A stretch of DNA of 46,613 nucleotides, taken from positions 1 to 46,613 of the IMG/VR virus record IMGVR_UViG_2565956710_000003; one strand, written 5' to 3'. A program made the position numbers and the translations under genes. The first letter of the stretch is position 1, and each line of letters begins with the position of its first letter. The notes under the pieces are model-generated. The model made no database searches. It saw only the letters and a list, made by a program, of their open reading frames with translations, and was not told where the DNA came from. Source of the DNA: a virus (taxonomy: Duplodnaviria; Heunggongvirae; Uroviricota; Caudoviricetes). Shown here one piece after another: positions 34,694 through 44,807 of this stretch.

Positions 34694-36037
34694 ATGGCTA
34701 CGTGGCAACAGGGTATTAATTCTGGTGGTTTTCTGGCTGGCATTGGTGCGCAAAACGAGAATGCGCCAAAGGCAAGCGACATTAATGCAACGCTTGGTCT
34801 GATCCGCGAAAACAATGAACTTGCTCGCTCAGGTGTAAATAACGTTGGCCTGACCGCGTTACGTGGTCTGGCTGGAGTTGCTGATATTTACAATCAGGAA
34901 CAGCAACAGAAAGCTATTAGTGCGTTCAATAAGGTTCACGCTGATGCATGGGCTTCTGGTGATCCATCGGGACTATTTAAGTTTGCCCAGGAAAATCCAG
35001 CGTTTGTTGCGCAGGCACAACAGGCGTTTTCCGGTCTTAATGAGCAGCAACGCAACGATATGGGCGATTTAGCCATGAGGGCTAACGTCGCTCTTTCTCA
35101 GGGACCGGAAGCCTACAGTAAATTCATTACTGACAACAAGGACAGGTTAAATCGCGTGGGTGCTAATGCTGACTGGATGATTCAGACAGGTATCCAGAAT
35201 CCAGAGCAGCTATCACACATGCTGACTACTATGTCTCTCGGTGCGCTTGGACCAGAAAAGGCGTTTGCTGTTCAGGATAAGATGGTTGGTCGCCAACTTG
35301 AGAAAGGGCGATTGGATGAAAGCATCCGTCAGGCTGACATGGAGAATGCGAGAGGATGGGCAAATATCCAGAACGCTCAACTAGACAGGGCTCAGCGGGC
35401 ACAAATGCACTCAGATGAGATGGGATTGAAGCTAATGGAGCTGGGGCAAAAAGGTAAGCCGTCAGCAGACTTAATTAAGGGATTAAATTCTGACATTACC
35501 AATTTTGGCAAAAATTATAACTCTGTCAGAGCGGCGGCAAACTCTCTGCAAGCCCTTAGCAAGGTAAATACTGGCGCTGCCCAACTTGGGATTATCTTTA
35601 ATTACATGAAGTCTCTCGACCCTCAGTCAGTTGTTCGCGAAGGTGAACAGGTTCAGGTCATGCGCTCTGATGGCATATGGGGGCAGATAAAAGGATATGT
35701 AGACCAGCTTAATGCAGGGAATGGCTTGTCACAGGAAGCGAGGGATAACATTGTTAACGCAGCAAAAATTAACGCCAACGCTATGGGGCAGCAGTTTAAC
35801 CAGCAGGTAGACGAATATCTGGATACGTATGGAGATACTATTCCTCAGGGGCTGAAAAAAAGCTTAGGGAGAAGGAAGGCCAAGCTATTTGACGATGTCC
35901 CAGCGCAGCCTACACCACAAGGTGGTAATGGGCAGACAAAAGCTGCGCCAAGTGGGATATCAGAAGGCGCGACGGCAACGAACCCTAAAACTGGTCAGAA
36001 ACTCATTTACAGGAACGGACAATGGCAACCGATGTAG
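34694..36037 (+). CDS. Ejection protein (P22 gp20-like)
   Basis: 447-aa ORF, second of the three ejection-protein genes by position. Confidence 0.6.
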   Translation: MATWQQGINSGGFLAGIGAQNENAPKASDINATLGLIRENNELARSGVNNVGLTALRGLAGVADIYNQEQQQKAISAFNKVHADAWASGDPSGLFKFAQENPAFVAQAQQAFSGLNEQQRNDMGDLAMRANVALSQGPEAYSKFITDNKDRLNRVGANADWMIQTGIQNPEQLSHMLTTMSLGALGPEKAFAVQDKMVGRQLEKGRLDESIRQADMENARGWANIQNAQLDRAQRAQMHSDEMGLKLMELGQKGKPSADLIKGLNSDITNFGKNYNSVRAAANSLQALSKVNTGAAQLGIIFNYMKSLDPQSVVREGEQVQVMRSDGIWGQIKGYVDQLNAGNGLSQEARDNIVNAAKINANAMGQQFNQQVDEYLDTYGDTIPQGLKKSLGRRKAKLFDDVPAQPTPQGGNGQTKAAPSGISEGATATNPKTGQKLIYRNGQWQPM

Positions 36038-38145
36038 GTTTACCCGAAGGCTTTGTTCTCGATAATCAGCCTGATAACTCACAGCTTCCTGATGGTTTTG
36101 TGCTTGATGCCCAACCAGAACAGCAGCAATCACCTTTGGTTTCGCCAGAGGAAAATTCCAGACAGGAAAATGTTGTTAATAATGCTAACGGTTTCGACCG
36201 TTTTATGTATGGCGTTCTCAGTGGATTGATGGATGTTGGTAAAGGTGTTGGCCTGTTTCAGGATATGACACCAGAAGAGCAAGCCGCAATTCAGTCTCTA
36301 CAGCAGAAGTTAGCGGCAAAACCATCAACCGCACAAGATGTTGGTGAGTTTGTTGGACAAGCAGCGCCATTTGTTAGTGGTGGTGGGATTATTTCTCAGG
36401 TTCCGAAAGGGGCGGCAAGGCTGGCTGCCGCCGCAGGGCTTGGTGCTGGAGAAGGGGCTATTGTAGCCAATGGAACAAATAGCGATGTTGCTTCTGGAGC
36501 TGCTATTGGCGCTGTGGCTGGCCCTGTAGCAGAGATTGTTGGTCCAGCGCTTGGGAAGATTGCAGGAAAAATTAAAAATAGTGCCGGAGATATTTATCGC
36601 TCATCCGTAGGGATGGGTAGTAAATCATCTAAAGCAACGTTAAAGAAAGCTGCTGGCGCAATGGACAATAAATTTATCGGCGGGCAACGAGCTATTCAAG
36701 ATTTCGCCGATGAAGTTAATCCTGATTTTAACGCGATAAATGCTATTCGTGAGCTAGAACTGGAAAATTATGCCACTCCAGGCATGATCTCTAATAATCC
36801 TGCTGTCAGGGCTCTTGATAATGCAGTGGCAAGTCTCCCTGGAACAGAGATTAGTGAGGCGCATAAGCGTTTTATTACTGAATTAGGAAGAAAAGCTGAT
36901 GAAATGATAACTTCATTTGGGGGAAGCCTTGATAAGCAACTGGTTTCTGACAGGCTTGCAGATAATTTTGATAAAACCATTTCATCATTACAAAATCAGT
37001 CAGATAACATCTACAACAAAATTGCCGAAAAGGTTCCTGTAAGAGACCGGATTGAGGCAACTAATACATTGAATTTTTTAGAGGATTTTGCTGATGATAT
37101 AGGTGGAATTGATGAATTATCTCCAATAATGAAGCGGACATTGAACCGACTTGATCCAAACACCTTGCCAACGTATGGGCGTTTAGATCTCGCTAGAAAG
37201 CAGGTTGGGCAAGCTATTGGCAAAGGCTCTGGCCCATTCAAGGATGAAGAAACAGGTGTTCTTAAAAAGTTATATGCAGCTATAACAGATGACCAACAGG
37301 CTGTCGCAGAAAAATATGGCGCAGGGGAGTTATGGACGCTTGGTAAGGAGTTGGTAAAAAAACGAAAATCCATTGAAGATGATGCCGTAACCGTTTTGGG
37401 TAGAAAACTTCAGCAATCAGCAATTCCAAAAGTTGAAAGTGCCGTTGTTAATATGGCAAAAGGAAACGGTGGTGACTTTAGGCAATTAATGAAGTCAATT
37501 CCAAAGGATATGCGGCAGGAAGTTGCGCTCACTTCAATGAATAAAGCATTTACCAGCTATGCTAAATCACCAGGTCAGCAATTAGGGGTTGATGGATTTG
37601 TAAAATGGTATAACGGAATGTCACGCAATGGGGCCAATATGAAGGCTCTCCGTGATGCTATTGGCACAGATGCATCAAAGCGCCTTGATACGATTTATCA
37701 AGCAGCCAAGGCTATGAATAGACTCAATACTGGTAAGCAGTATGCTAGCAGCCTTGTGGATCAGCAAGTTAATAACTTTCTGAAAGAAAAGGGTAGTCTC
37801 GCAAAAATTTATGGAATAGCCTCAAAAGCTGCTGCGGCGGAAGGTATTACAAGCTTATCTGGTCTTCCTGGTGTAGGTGCAACAGGGGTGATAACGTCAG
37901 CATTGATGTCAGGGAAAACAAGCAGGATAAAGGCTGCTGATGCTCTACTGTCTTCTCCTGAGTTTAAATCAATGCTATTTCGCCTGCAAAACGCACCAGT
38001 AGACAGAGCAGAAGTGAGACGCGTAATAGAAAGGAAACTGATGCAATCTGGGGCATTTAAGAGATGGGAGAAAACCTTATCAACAGATGAAGCAAAAACC
38101 ATTGCCCGCACGGGGATTATTACATGGCTCGCTAGTGACAGTTAG
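36022..38145 (+). CDS. Ejection protein (P22 gp16-like)
   Basis: 707-aa ORF, last and largest of the ejection-protein genes. Confidence 0.6.
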   Translation: MATDVGLPEGFVLDNQPDNSQLPDGFVLDAQPEQQQSPLVSPEENSRQENVVNNANGFDRFMYGVLSGLMDVGKGVGLFQDMTPEEQAAIQSLQQKLAAKPSTAQDVGEFVGQAAPFVSGGGIISQVPKGAARLAAAAGLGAGEGAIVANGTNSDVASGAAIGAVAGPVAEIVGPALGKIAGKIKNSAGDIYRSSVGMGSKSSKATLKKAAGAMDNKFIGGQRAIQDFADEVNPDFNAINAIRELELENYATPGMISNNPAVRALDNAVASLPGTEISEAHKRFITELGRKADEMITSFGGSLDKQLVSDRLADNFDKTISSLQNQSDNIYNKIAEKVPVRDRIEATNTLNFLEDFADDIGGIDELSPIMKRTLNRLDPNTLPTYGRLDLARKQVGQAIGKGSGPFKDEETGVLKKLYAAITDDQQAVAEKYGAGELWTLGKELVKKRKSIEDDAVTVLGRKLQQSAIPKVESAVVNMAKGNGGDFRQLMKSIPKDMRQEVALTSMNKAFTSYAKSPGQQLGVDGFVKWYNGMSRNGANMKALRDAIGTDASKRLDTIYQAAKAMNRLNTGKQYASSLVDQQVNNFLKEKGSLAKIYGIASKAAAAEGITSLSGLPGVGATGVITSALMSGKTSRIKAADALLSSPEFKSMLFRLQNAPVDRAEVRRVIERKLMQSGAFKRWEKTLSTDEAKTIARTGIITWLASDS

Positions 38146-38369
38146 TCAACTTTGGTTATTTTGCCTTCTTTTTCTTGATGAACTTTGCATCCATTATCTT
38201 TTGATAGCCAAACTAAAAACTTTAAAACCTTAAACACAAGTACGGCTACTGCAATGAAAGCACCAATTGCAATTATTGCTAGCGAAATTATTTGCATTGG
38301 TGCTTTTAATGCAGGGAAAATAGTGTAAATGATCGCGAAAACAGTAATTATGAGGAACCATCGCTTCAC
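38142..38369 (-). CDS. Small two-helix membrane protein (candidate exclusion-type accessory gene)
   Basis: 75-aa ORF with a GTG start preceded by AAGGAGG at 5-nt spacing; two hydrophobic segments; opposite strand to the virion operon. Confidence 0.45.
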   Translation of the reverse strand: MKRWFLIITVFAIIYTIFPALKAPMQIISLAIIAIGAFIAVAVLVFKVLKFLVWLSKDNGCKVHQEKEGKITKVD

Positions 38370-38399
38370 ACCAACCTCCTTAGTTTTGAGCAGGATACC

Positions 38400-38765
38400 A
38401 TGAAAAAAGTTAACATTGGAAACGTACCAAAAATGCTCGTTCCGCTCTTTGAGAGCGGTACAATTGTGTTTTGCAGAGACTTTCCAGAATGGCAACGCCT
38501 GCATCAAAAACTTGGCGTGGACGTGCAGGACTCGGATGCCAACGGAGCGTCTCATACAATGAGCAGCGAGAATGGTGTTTTGCATGTGATAGGTGTGTTC
38601 AATGGCAAACTATCTACTATTGCCCATGAGTGCGCTCACATGGCATTCGATATCTGCTCAAGGGTCGGCGTTGATGTTGAACCAGGAAGAGCCAACGAGA
38701 CTTACTGCTACTTAATGAGCAGGCTTGTTGAGTTCTGCGAGCGACATATCAAAAAGCCGGAGTGA
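38400..38765 (+). CDS. Small HExxH-motif protein (putative zinc metallopeptidase-like)
   Basis: 121-aa ORF containing IAHECAHMAFD with a downstream Glu; divergent from the membrane protein gene with only a 30-bp spacer. Confidence 0.5.
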   Translation: MKKVNIGNVPKMLVPLFESGTIVFCRDFPEWQRLHQKLGVDVQDSDANGASHTMSSENGVLHVIGVFNGKLSTIAHECAHMAFDICSRVGVDVEPGRANETYCYLMSRLVEFCERHIKKPE

Positions 38766-38778
38766 CCCGGCTTGATTA

Positions 38779-38958
38779 TTACTTTTTGCTGTCTGGAGTT
38801 CGCTTATCTAATACCCAGCCATGACCTGGCTTTGTTGTTGGCGGAAGCCTTTCGTTGTCCTTGACGGTGGCAAAATTGTCTTTCTTACCTCCGCGCGGGC
38901 CAACTTCTTGGTATATTCCGCCGTTTTTTCCTGTGTTTTCACCTGGTTTTTTCGCCAT
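38779..38958 (-). CDS. Small basic Gly-rich protein (conserved about 60-aa family, function unknown)
   Basis: 59-aa ORF MAKKPGENTGKNGGIYQEVGPRGGKKDNFATVKDNERLPPTTKPGHGWVLDKRTPDSKK with a GAGGT Shine-Dalgarno. Confidence 0.5.
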   Translation of the reverse strand: MAKKPGENTGKNGGIYQEVGPRGGKKDNFATVKDNERLPPTTKPGHGWVLDKRTPDSKK

Positions 38959-39044
38959 GATATACCTCAACATGCACCCGTTATTGGGCGATTAAATATT
39001 GATCTCATTTTATGAGTAGTCAATATGGTCCAAAAAAGGCAAAA

Positions 39045-39072
39045 ATTAACCCACCGTCAGGTGGTTTTTTTG
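39045..39072. terminator. Bidirectional rho-independent terminator
   Basis: Hairpin CCACC-GTCA-GGTGG flanked by an A-run upstream and TTTTTTT downstream; overlaps the 3' end of the Mnt-like gene. Confidence 0.6.
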
Positions 39073-39377
39073 TTTAGCAGTTCTCTCAACTTTTCGTTCT
39101 GCTCTCTGAACTTTTCCTGTATTTCTTTTTGCATGGCGATAACCTGGGCTTGAAGTTGAACTAGCGCATCAACATTTAGCGGAACCGAGACGCTGTTGAT
39201 TTTATCTGCTATTTCCCCGAGTGTATTTTCTGCATTCAAGGCATCTTCCAGTATCTGAACAATCTCTGAGTTCATTGATCTGCCGTTACGTTTGGCTCGT
39301 TCAGCTATAGCATCCCGCATTCCTGCAGGAAGCCTGATATTGAACCTATCCATTTCATGACTAGGGAACTTGCTCAT
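39057..39377 (-). CDS. mnt: Mnt-like ribbon-helix-helix repressor (copy 1)
   Basis: 106-aa ORF with RHH motif FNIRLPAGMRDAIAERAKRNGRSMNSEIVQILEDAL and a C-terminal coiled coil ending KKTT, as P22 Mnt does. Confidence 0.7.
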   Translation of the reverse strand: MSKFPSHEMDRFNIRLPAGMRDAIAERAKRNGRSMNSEIVQILEDALNAENTLGEIADKINSVSVPLNVDALVQLQAQVIAMQKEIQEKFREQNEKLRELLNKKTT

Positions 39378-39488
39378 ATGACCTCAACGTAAAGATGTTC
39401 GCTAAACAATAGCACCAACTTGACATCAAAATAAATGGTGTTAAATTGGTTCTAGAACCAAGTTGGTATCATTGTGGGAGGATTACTT
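39378..39488. promoter_or_regulatory. Divergent promoter/operator region between mnt and arc
   Basis: Palindrome GGTTCTAGAACC, flanking inverted repeat ACCAACTTG...CAAGTTGGT, and TTGACA-like hexamers. Confidence 0.6.
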
Positions 39489-39662
39489 ATGAAAGATGTG
39501 CTTTACACAGGTCGTAAAAGTCAAAGTTTCCAGCTTCGTTTGCCAGCGCGAATGAAGGAGGAGATTAGACGTGTTGCTGAAATGGATGGAATTTCTATCA
39601 ACTCTGCGATTGTGCAGCGACTGGCTAAAAGCCTGAGAGAGGAAAGAGCTAATGCCCAGTAA
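39489..39662 (+). CDS. arc: Arc-like ribbon-helix-helix repressor
   Basis: 57-aa ORF MKDVLYTGRKSQSFQLRLPARMKEEIRRVAEMDGISINSAIVQRLAKSL with GGAGG upstream. Confidence 0.7.
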   Translation: MKDVLYTGRKSQSFQLRLPARMKEEIRRVAEMDGISINSAIVQRLAKSLREERANAQ

Positions 39663-39751
39663 AAATAGTGAAGCCCGGCAGTGCGTGAACACAAACCGGG
39701 CCTCTATGTCAGTAACCGTATGCAAGGAAACTAACATGAATATTGTAGCAA
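39662..39751 (-). ncRNA. Candidate sar-like antisense RNA over the ant start region (speculative)
   Basis: Minus-strand TATAAT at 39758-39763; imperfect hairpin GCCCGG...CCGGGC (39673-39701) followed on the minus strand by TCACTATTTTT in the arc-ant spacer. Confidence 0.25.
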
Positions 39752-40362
39752 AATCAGATTATAACTTCCACGGAGTTGAATTGGTGCCCACCCGTGATAT
39801 GCATGGTGTTTGGTTTACATCATCTAATATTGCATCTGCACTTAAATACGCAAATAGTCGTGCAGTAACAATGATTTATAACAAGTATAGCGATGAGTTT
39901 AGCGCCGGAATGACTCAGGTACTCGAAGTGAGTACCTCAGGAAATTATCGCAAAAAAGTGCGAGTTTTCTCACTACGCGGTGCCCACCTAATCGCGATGT
40001 TTGCTCGCACTCCGGTAGCCAAAGAGTTCCGCCGCTGGGTGCTGGATATTTTGGATCGGCAGGCAGAATGCTCACCGATTGCAAAACAGTTTACTGACGA
40101 AGAACTGGTTAATCTCTGCTACTTACAATTGTGGATGGAGAAGAGTCAACAAATGTGCAAACACATCTACCCAGGAATGAAGCAAATTGGCTCTGAGCTT
40201 TCAGGAAGAATTTACGATATTGCATATGAGACTCGCTATATGTCAGAAGAAACCAAGAAATCACTTCTTCGTGAAATGAAGAATCTTGATACCAACAATT
40301 TTGTCGTAAAGAACGCTCAGCCAATGCTGACAAAACTGCGCGGCGAGGAATGGATTCATTGA
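39736..40362 (+). CDS. ant: Antirepressor with BRO-N domain
   Basis: About 208 aa from MNIVAKSD (AAGGA Shine-Dalgarno); N-terminal FHGVELVPTRDMHGVWFTSSNIASALKY is BRO-N-like; start uncertain (alternatives at 39652 and 39706). Confidence 0.6.
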   Translation: MNIVAKSDYNFHGVELVPTRDMHGVWFTSSNIASALKYANSRAVTMIYNKYSDEFSAGMTQVLEVSTSGNYRKKVRVFSLRGAHLIAMFARTPVAKEFRRWVLDILDRQAECSPIAKQFTDEELVNLCYLQLWMEKSQQMCKHIYPGMKQIGSELSGRIYDIAYETRYMSEETKKSLLREMKNLDTNNFVVKNAQPMLTKLRGEEWIH

Positions 40363-40384
40363 TTGGTGCGCCGGACGGCGCAAA

Positions 40385-40456
40385 AAGAAAACCGCCAGTG
40401 TGCTGCTGGCGGCCTATGTCACACCCTTACTACCACATAAGGAATGCCTAATGACT
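40385..40456 (-). ncRNA. Candidate sar-like antisense RNA over the start of the second antirepressor gene (speculative)
   Basis: Minus-strand GTGACA, 17-bp spacer, TACATT inside the first codons of the 40451 gene; hairpin CCGCCAG-TGTGCTG-CTGGCGG (40393-40413) followed on the minus strand by TTTTCTTTTT. Confidence 0.3.
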
Positions 40457-41176
40457 TTGAAGAATGTAGCAAACATCGGATCCGTTGTCACGGATAAAAC
40501 CATTGACAGCCAAAGTCTTCTGATGATGGTTAATGAAGCTCGCAAGTTATGTGGAGAGCCATCAGTACGTAACAACAAATTCATCGAGAAAATTGAGGAT
40601 GAATTGGAGGGCGAGACCTACACAAAAAGTGTAGGTCGGAAAAACGGGGCTGACATTGATGTTATCTCCATGACTATCAAGCAGGCGCTTCGTGTTGCTG
40701 CTCGCGAATCTAAAGCAGTTCGCCGAACACTTGTAGACAAACTTGAAAGTATGCAGGAAGCACACATTAAAAGCGGTAAATCAGCGAGTGGACTTGTTGA
40801 GTATCGTCAAGCGCGAACACTGAAAATGACGGTTGAAGCTGTTACCAATCTGTTCGATCTGATGCCAAATCTTGCGCCGGAGGCAAAGCAGACAGCGGCA
40901 GCAAGTATAATCAACCCGCTTGTTGGTTTTAATGCAATACCTCTTCCGGCAATAGAAGAGCATTACTACTCAGCAGGGGAGGTTGCAGAGCAGCTTGGAG
41001 TAACGGCCAACAAGATTGGTCGCATTGCTAACGCAAACAACCTCAAAACTGAGCAGTACGGGAAGTTCTTCCTGGATAAATCGGCGCATTCCAGCAAACA
41101 GGTAGAGGCGTTCCGCTACAATTCTGAAGGCGTTAAAGCACTACAACACCTGCTACATGGCTCAAATGTGGCGTAA
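40451..41176 (+). CDS. Second antirepressor-like protein (KilA-C/ANT-type C-terminal domain)
   Basis: 241-aa ORF with AAGGA 7 nt upstream; the C-terminal segment YSAGEVAEQLGVTANKIGRIANANNLKTEQYGKFFL is ANT-like. Confidence 0.55.
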   Translation: MTLKNVANIGSVVTDKTIDSQSLLMMVNEARKLCGEPSVRNNKFIEKIEDELEGETYTKSVGRKNGADIDVISMTIKQALRVAARESKAVRRTLVDKLESMQEAHIKSGKSASGLVEYRQARTLKMTVEAVTNLFDLMPNLAPEAKQTAAASIINPLVGFNAIPLPAIEEHYYSAGEVAEQLGVTANKIGRIANANNLKTEQYGKFFLDKSAHSSKQVEAFRYNSEGVKALQHLLHGSNVA

Positions 41177-41195
41177 CATTTTATAATGAAAACTA

Positions 41196-41219
41196 AACCC
41201 GCTTAATCGCGGGTTTTTT
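41196..41219. terminator. Bidirectional terminator between convergent genes
   Basis: Hairpin ACCCGC-TTAATC-GCGGGT followed by TTTTTTC. Confidence 0.65.
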
Positions 41220-41460
41220 CTTTCCTTAGAATTTCAGCCGCAACTTCTTTTACTCGTTCCGAGATTAATGAGGCCAGTCTCTCTTCTTCATCACGATACC
41301 CGCTTACAGGTGATGGTTTGGAGAGAGATTCTTCCATCGTAGCCACAATTTCGGAATTGATAGACCTGTTATTCATTTTTGCACGCTGCTTAATCTTAGC
41401 GTGCAACTCGTGCGTAAGCCTCAAGTGGAACTGCGCCTCATCGTATTTGCTGTACATCAT
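41203..41460 (-). CDS. mnt: Mnt-like ribbon-helix-helix repressor (copy 2)
   Basis: 85-aa protein from MMYSKYDEAQFHLRLTHELHAKIKQRAKMNNRSINSEIVATMEESLSKPSPVSGYRDEEERLA, closely resembling P22 Mnt (recalled). Confidence 0.7.
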   Translation of the reverse strand: MMYSKYDEAQFHLRLTHELHAKIKQRAKMNNRSINSEIVATMEESLSKPSPVSGYRDEEERLASLISERVKEVAAEILRKEKTRD

Positions 41461-41592
41461 CAATGCCTCACCAAATGGGTGGAATGGCATCGTAAAACCT
41501 ACTGTACAAATCAACAATCGTACCGTTTCGGTATGTAACAAACACTAGCCGTAGCCATGCTGCGGCGATTCCTTGTATCTGGAGCAAATTAA

Positions 41593-44298
41593 ATGACAGA
41601 CATTACAGCCAATGTTGTGGTAAGCATGCCATCGCAACTCTTCACTATGGCGCGTTCTTTTAAAGCTGTAGCTAATGGCAAAATTTATATCGGTAAAATT
41701 GACACTGACCCGGTAAATCCTGAAAACCAGATTCAAGTTTATGTAGAGAACGAAGATGGCTCTCACGTTCCTGTTACACAGCCAATCGTCATCAATGCCG
41801 CTGGGTATCCAGTATATAACGGACAGATTGCCAAATTCGTAACCGTGCAAGGCCATTCTATGGCTGTTTACGATGCTTATGGCACTCAGCAGTTTTATTT
41901 TCCAAATGTATTAAAATACGATCCAGATCAGTTTGGCCCAGACTTCAAAGAGCAGTTATCTCAATCAGGAGCATACATTAATGATGATTCAAAAGGTGAT
42001 GCATTAATTGGTGTAAGGCAGCCATTTACCGGGGCTGTAACTATAACTCAGCATGAAAACAATGCTCTTTTCTTAAATGTAAAACAATTTGGAGCAATTG
42101 GGGATGGGAAATATCATCCATTATCTGAGTGGTTTTCTTCAATTTCTGAAGCAAAATCCTTATATCCTTTTGTTGACTCATTATCTCAGTCAATAGACTG
42201 GGCCGCGTGGCAAGCTGCCCTTAACACAGGAAAGGTTATTTATGGTACTGATAATGCGTATGTAATAACGGATACGTTAACACCTGTTTCTGGTGGTGGG
42301 ATAATTTGTCTTGGTGTGGGCAAATGGGTCTCAGGATATACTGCAACATTTGCTCCTGATATTACCACAGGAACCACATTCCTGATGTACGGGGTAGGAA
42401 ATAAAAAATATACTGTAGATTGTGTTTCTAATATGGATGTTAGTGGTGGTGTGGTTTCTAATCCATCTTCCGAAGACCCGTATACAACAACGGCACCTGC
42501 GTCATCATATGATTTATTGGATTTTACTAACGGTGATGCTAATGGGGCTATAAGAGCCACGCTTAAACCATTCTCTGCCGCAATATTGATGCCTGAGACA
42601 GGATGTGTTCGCCTTGAGAACTTTCGTATTGTTCCATATTTCAATGGGCTGGATGGTTATAAAGACATTGCAAATACCGGTCTTGGCGATGAGTGGGATG
42701 TAGGTATTTGGTCACGTGCTTCTTTTGGCAATGAATACCGCAATTTGCAGGTGGTTGGATACTGGCGCAAGACGGCACTTTTAAAAACGAACATTCCTGT
42801 ATCTGGCACGCTGGCCGCTCAGGGCGAGGATGAAAACTATTATCACTGTAGATTCCAAGGATTCAAGGGTGTTTCGATCCGCGCCCATGATGTATTCCGA
42901 ATTACAGCGGTAACGTCCAGCACTATCGAAATCCCATGGTCAGCAAGCCACACCTTCGAAACGTCCGGGGTTTTAAGATCTGGAGGCAGGAATTTCACTT
43001 ATTCAGGATTATCCGTATCCGGTGATAAGTTAGTATTTACTGGAGTGTCTAACGCTTCTGAGGCAACAGTAGGTTCTACTATACGGCGAAATGACATAGA
43101 TAACTTTGGTATGGCGGGAACGCAATTTTTCGATTGCTACATTACCAGCCTGTATCACCACACACATCTGCTTGCCACATCGCAATACCTGTCTCAACCA
43201 TTCAGCCGACCATCAGAGTGTATGGAGGTTTCAGGGGAACCAGTTCGCGGTGTACAGGTACATGCAGGAACCATTCAGGGATGGGATGATGTTCTTATTC
43301 ATCTACATGACTGTGGAAATATGAACTTTTACAGTACATATTTCGAAAGCCAGCAAGCATATGTAACTATAAATGGTGGTAATGCTATTGGTTATGGAGC
43401 ACGTATGATAGCTTCCCGGCAATCAACAAGCTCATTACCATATGCAGCAGGGAATACTCGAGTGCTTAGAATGGTCGGGTGCTCTGAAGGCAATGGCGTT
43501 GACTGGGGGCCTGTATTTAACAACTATACAGGAGGAAGATATAATTCTGGAGACGGTGTATTTAACCCCCGCGATGCATTTATAGACCATAAATCTCTTC
43601 CTGAGCAGTCAGGAGGTGAGTCAAGACTCGTATCACAAAAAGGAAATGCCAGAGTAGTATGTGGTGTTGGTAAAACTGTACTGCTTGGACCAACGTCAGG
43701 AGATTGTAATTTACAGAGTAATACTGGAAGTTTAAATATTAGAAGTGGGATAAGAGTAAGAATCGGTCACGCTGATGGAACAGACTGGTGGTTGGCAGAT
43801 GCTAATAAAATAGCTCCTGTTGATGATAATGTTAAAGCTATTGGACAGCCATCAAACAGATGCTCTGTTATTTATGCAGGAACCGGGTCAATCAATACAT
43901 CAGATGAAACTCTTAAAACAAGATATGATATTCTTAATGCAGAGCGTGATGCCGCTATTGAAATAAAGTCAGTCATCTATAAATTTAAATTTAATGACTC
44001 AATTAATCACAAAGGAATTGAGTCGTCCAGGTATCATTTTGGCGTTGGCGCTCAAACCGTAGGGGATATTCTTAGAAAGCATGGTTTAAACCCTGAGCAA
44101 TATGCTTTTTGGTGTTACGATGAATGGCCTGACGTATGGGATGAAGAGGTGATAACTGAAGAGAGCACAGATCCTGATACAGGTGAGAAAATTTATTCTC
44201 AATATAAAACAGGAGATATGATTCTTGTTAAAAAAGCAGGAGGACGCTACGGAATTCGTTATGACGAATTGGCTATGTTTATATTAATGGCAATGTAG
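41593..44298 (+). CDS. Tailspike: P22-type head-binding domain, divergent receptor domain, C-terminal intramolecular chaperone
   Basis: 901-aa ORF; N-terminus [59 protein letters not shown] matches the P22 gp9 head-binding domain; C-terminus has an S74-type autoprocessing signature ([12 protein letters not shown]). Confidence 0.85.
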   Translation: MTDITANVVVSMPSQLFTMARSFKAVANGKIYIGKIDTDPVNPENQIQVYVENEDGSHVPVTQPIVINAAGYPVYNGQIAKFVTVQGHSMAVYDAYGTQQFYFPNVLKYDPDQFGPDFKEQLSQSGAYINDDSKGDALIGVRQPFTGAVTITQHENNALFLNVKQFGAIGDGKYHPLSEWFSSISEAKSLYPFVDSLSQSIDWAAWQAALNTGKVIYGTDNAYVITDTLTPVSGGGIICLGVGKWVSGYTATFAPDITTGTTFLMYGVGNKKYTVDCVSNMDVSGGVVSNPSSEDPYTTTAPASSYDLLDFTNGDANGAIRATLKPFSAAILMPETGCVRLENFRIVPYFNGLDGYKDIANTGLGDEWDVGIWSRASFGNEYRNLQVVGYWRKTALLKTNIPVSGTLAAQGEDENYYHCRFQGFKGVSIRAHDVFRITAVTSSTIEIPWSASHTFETSGVLRSGGRNFTYSGLSVSGDKLVFTGVSNASEATVGSTIRRNDIDNFGMAGTQFFDCYITSLYHHTHLLATSQYLSQPFSRPSECMEVSGEPVRGVQVHAGTIQGWDDVLIHLHDCGNMNFYSTYFESQQAYVTINGGNAIGYGARMIASRQSTSSLPYAAGNTRVLRMVGCSEGNGVDWGPVFNNYTGGRYNSGDGVFNPRDAFIDHKSLPEQSGGESRLVSQKGNARVVCGVGKTVLLGPTSGDCNLQSNTGSLNIRSGIRVRIGHADGTDWWLADANKIAPVDDNVKAIGQPSNRCSVIYAGTGSINTSDETLKTRYDILNAERDAAIEIKSVIYKFKFNDSINHKGIESSRYHFGVGAQTVGDILRKHGLNPEQYAFWCYDEWPDVWDEEVITEESTDPDTGEKIYSQYKTGDMILVKKAGGRYGIRYDELAMFILMAM

Positions 44299-44316
44299 TT
44301 GCAATAAATGCAGTAT

Positions 44317-44348
44317 ATCCCGCATAAAAAATGCGGGATTGTTTTTAT
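44317..44348 (+). terminator. Rho-independent terminator after the tailspike gene
   Basis: Hairpin ATCCCGCAT-AAAAA-ATGCGGGAT followed by TGTTTTTAT. Confidence 0.75.
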
Positions 44349-44639
44349 CTGGTGTATTTATGAATTTTAAGTAAATTTTAGTATTGATTACTGCATCGCA
44401 GTTAAAGCCTCATTACCTATGAGGCAAAACTGAGACACACAAGGCTTTGCACTGGATTGCAAGGCTTTGTGCTATTCGATTGTGGTTGAGGCTGATCACT
44501 CTACCTTCTCATCAAGCCAATCCGCCCACCATTGCATCATTTCTCTGCGCTTATCGAGATACTGAGCATGGTTGTAAATTCAGCAAACGACGTAATGTGT
44601 TTGACAAAAAATTAGCGCAAGAAGACAAAAAGTCACCTT

Positions 44640-44807
44640 GCGCTAATGCTCTGTTACAGGTCACTAATACTATCTAAGTAGTTGATTCATAGTGACTGGA
44701 TATGTTGTGTTTTGCAGTATTATACAGTCTATTTTTTAAGCTAAATGTATTGTAAGAGATTGAGATTAATGATTTTTCCTGTTTCTGGTTCAGCTTTTTT
44801 ATACTAA
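44640..44807. other. attR (P arm with Int arm-type sites, plus core 44793-44807)
   Basis: CTGTTACAGGTCACTAATAC...AGTGACTGG arm-type sites resembling the lambda P arm; core GCTTTTTTATACTAA followed by the host B' sequence CTTGAGCGAAACGGGAAGG. Confidence 0.85.

Noticed and set aside
44447-44677. 76-aa plus-strand ORF between the tailspike terminator and attR
   Set aside because: It lies within the lambda-type attP P arm (Int arm-type and IHF site region), has no convincing Shine-Dalgarno and a composition typical of non-coding att DNA; most likely a chance ORF.
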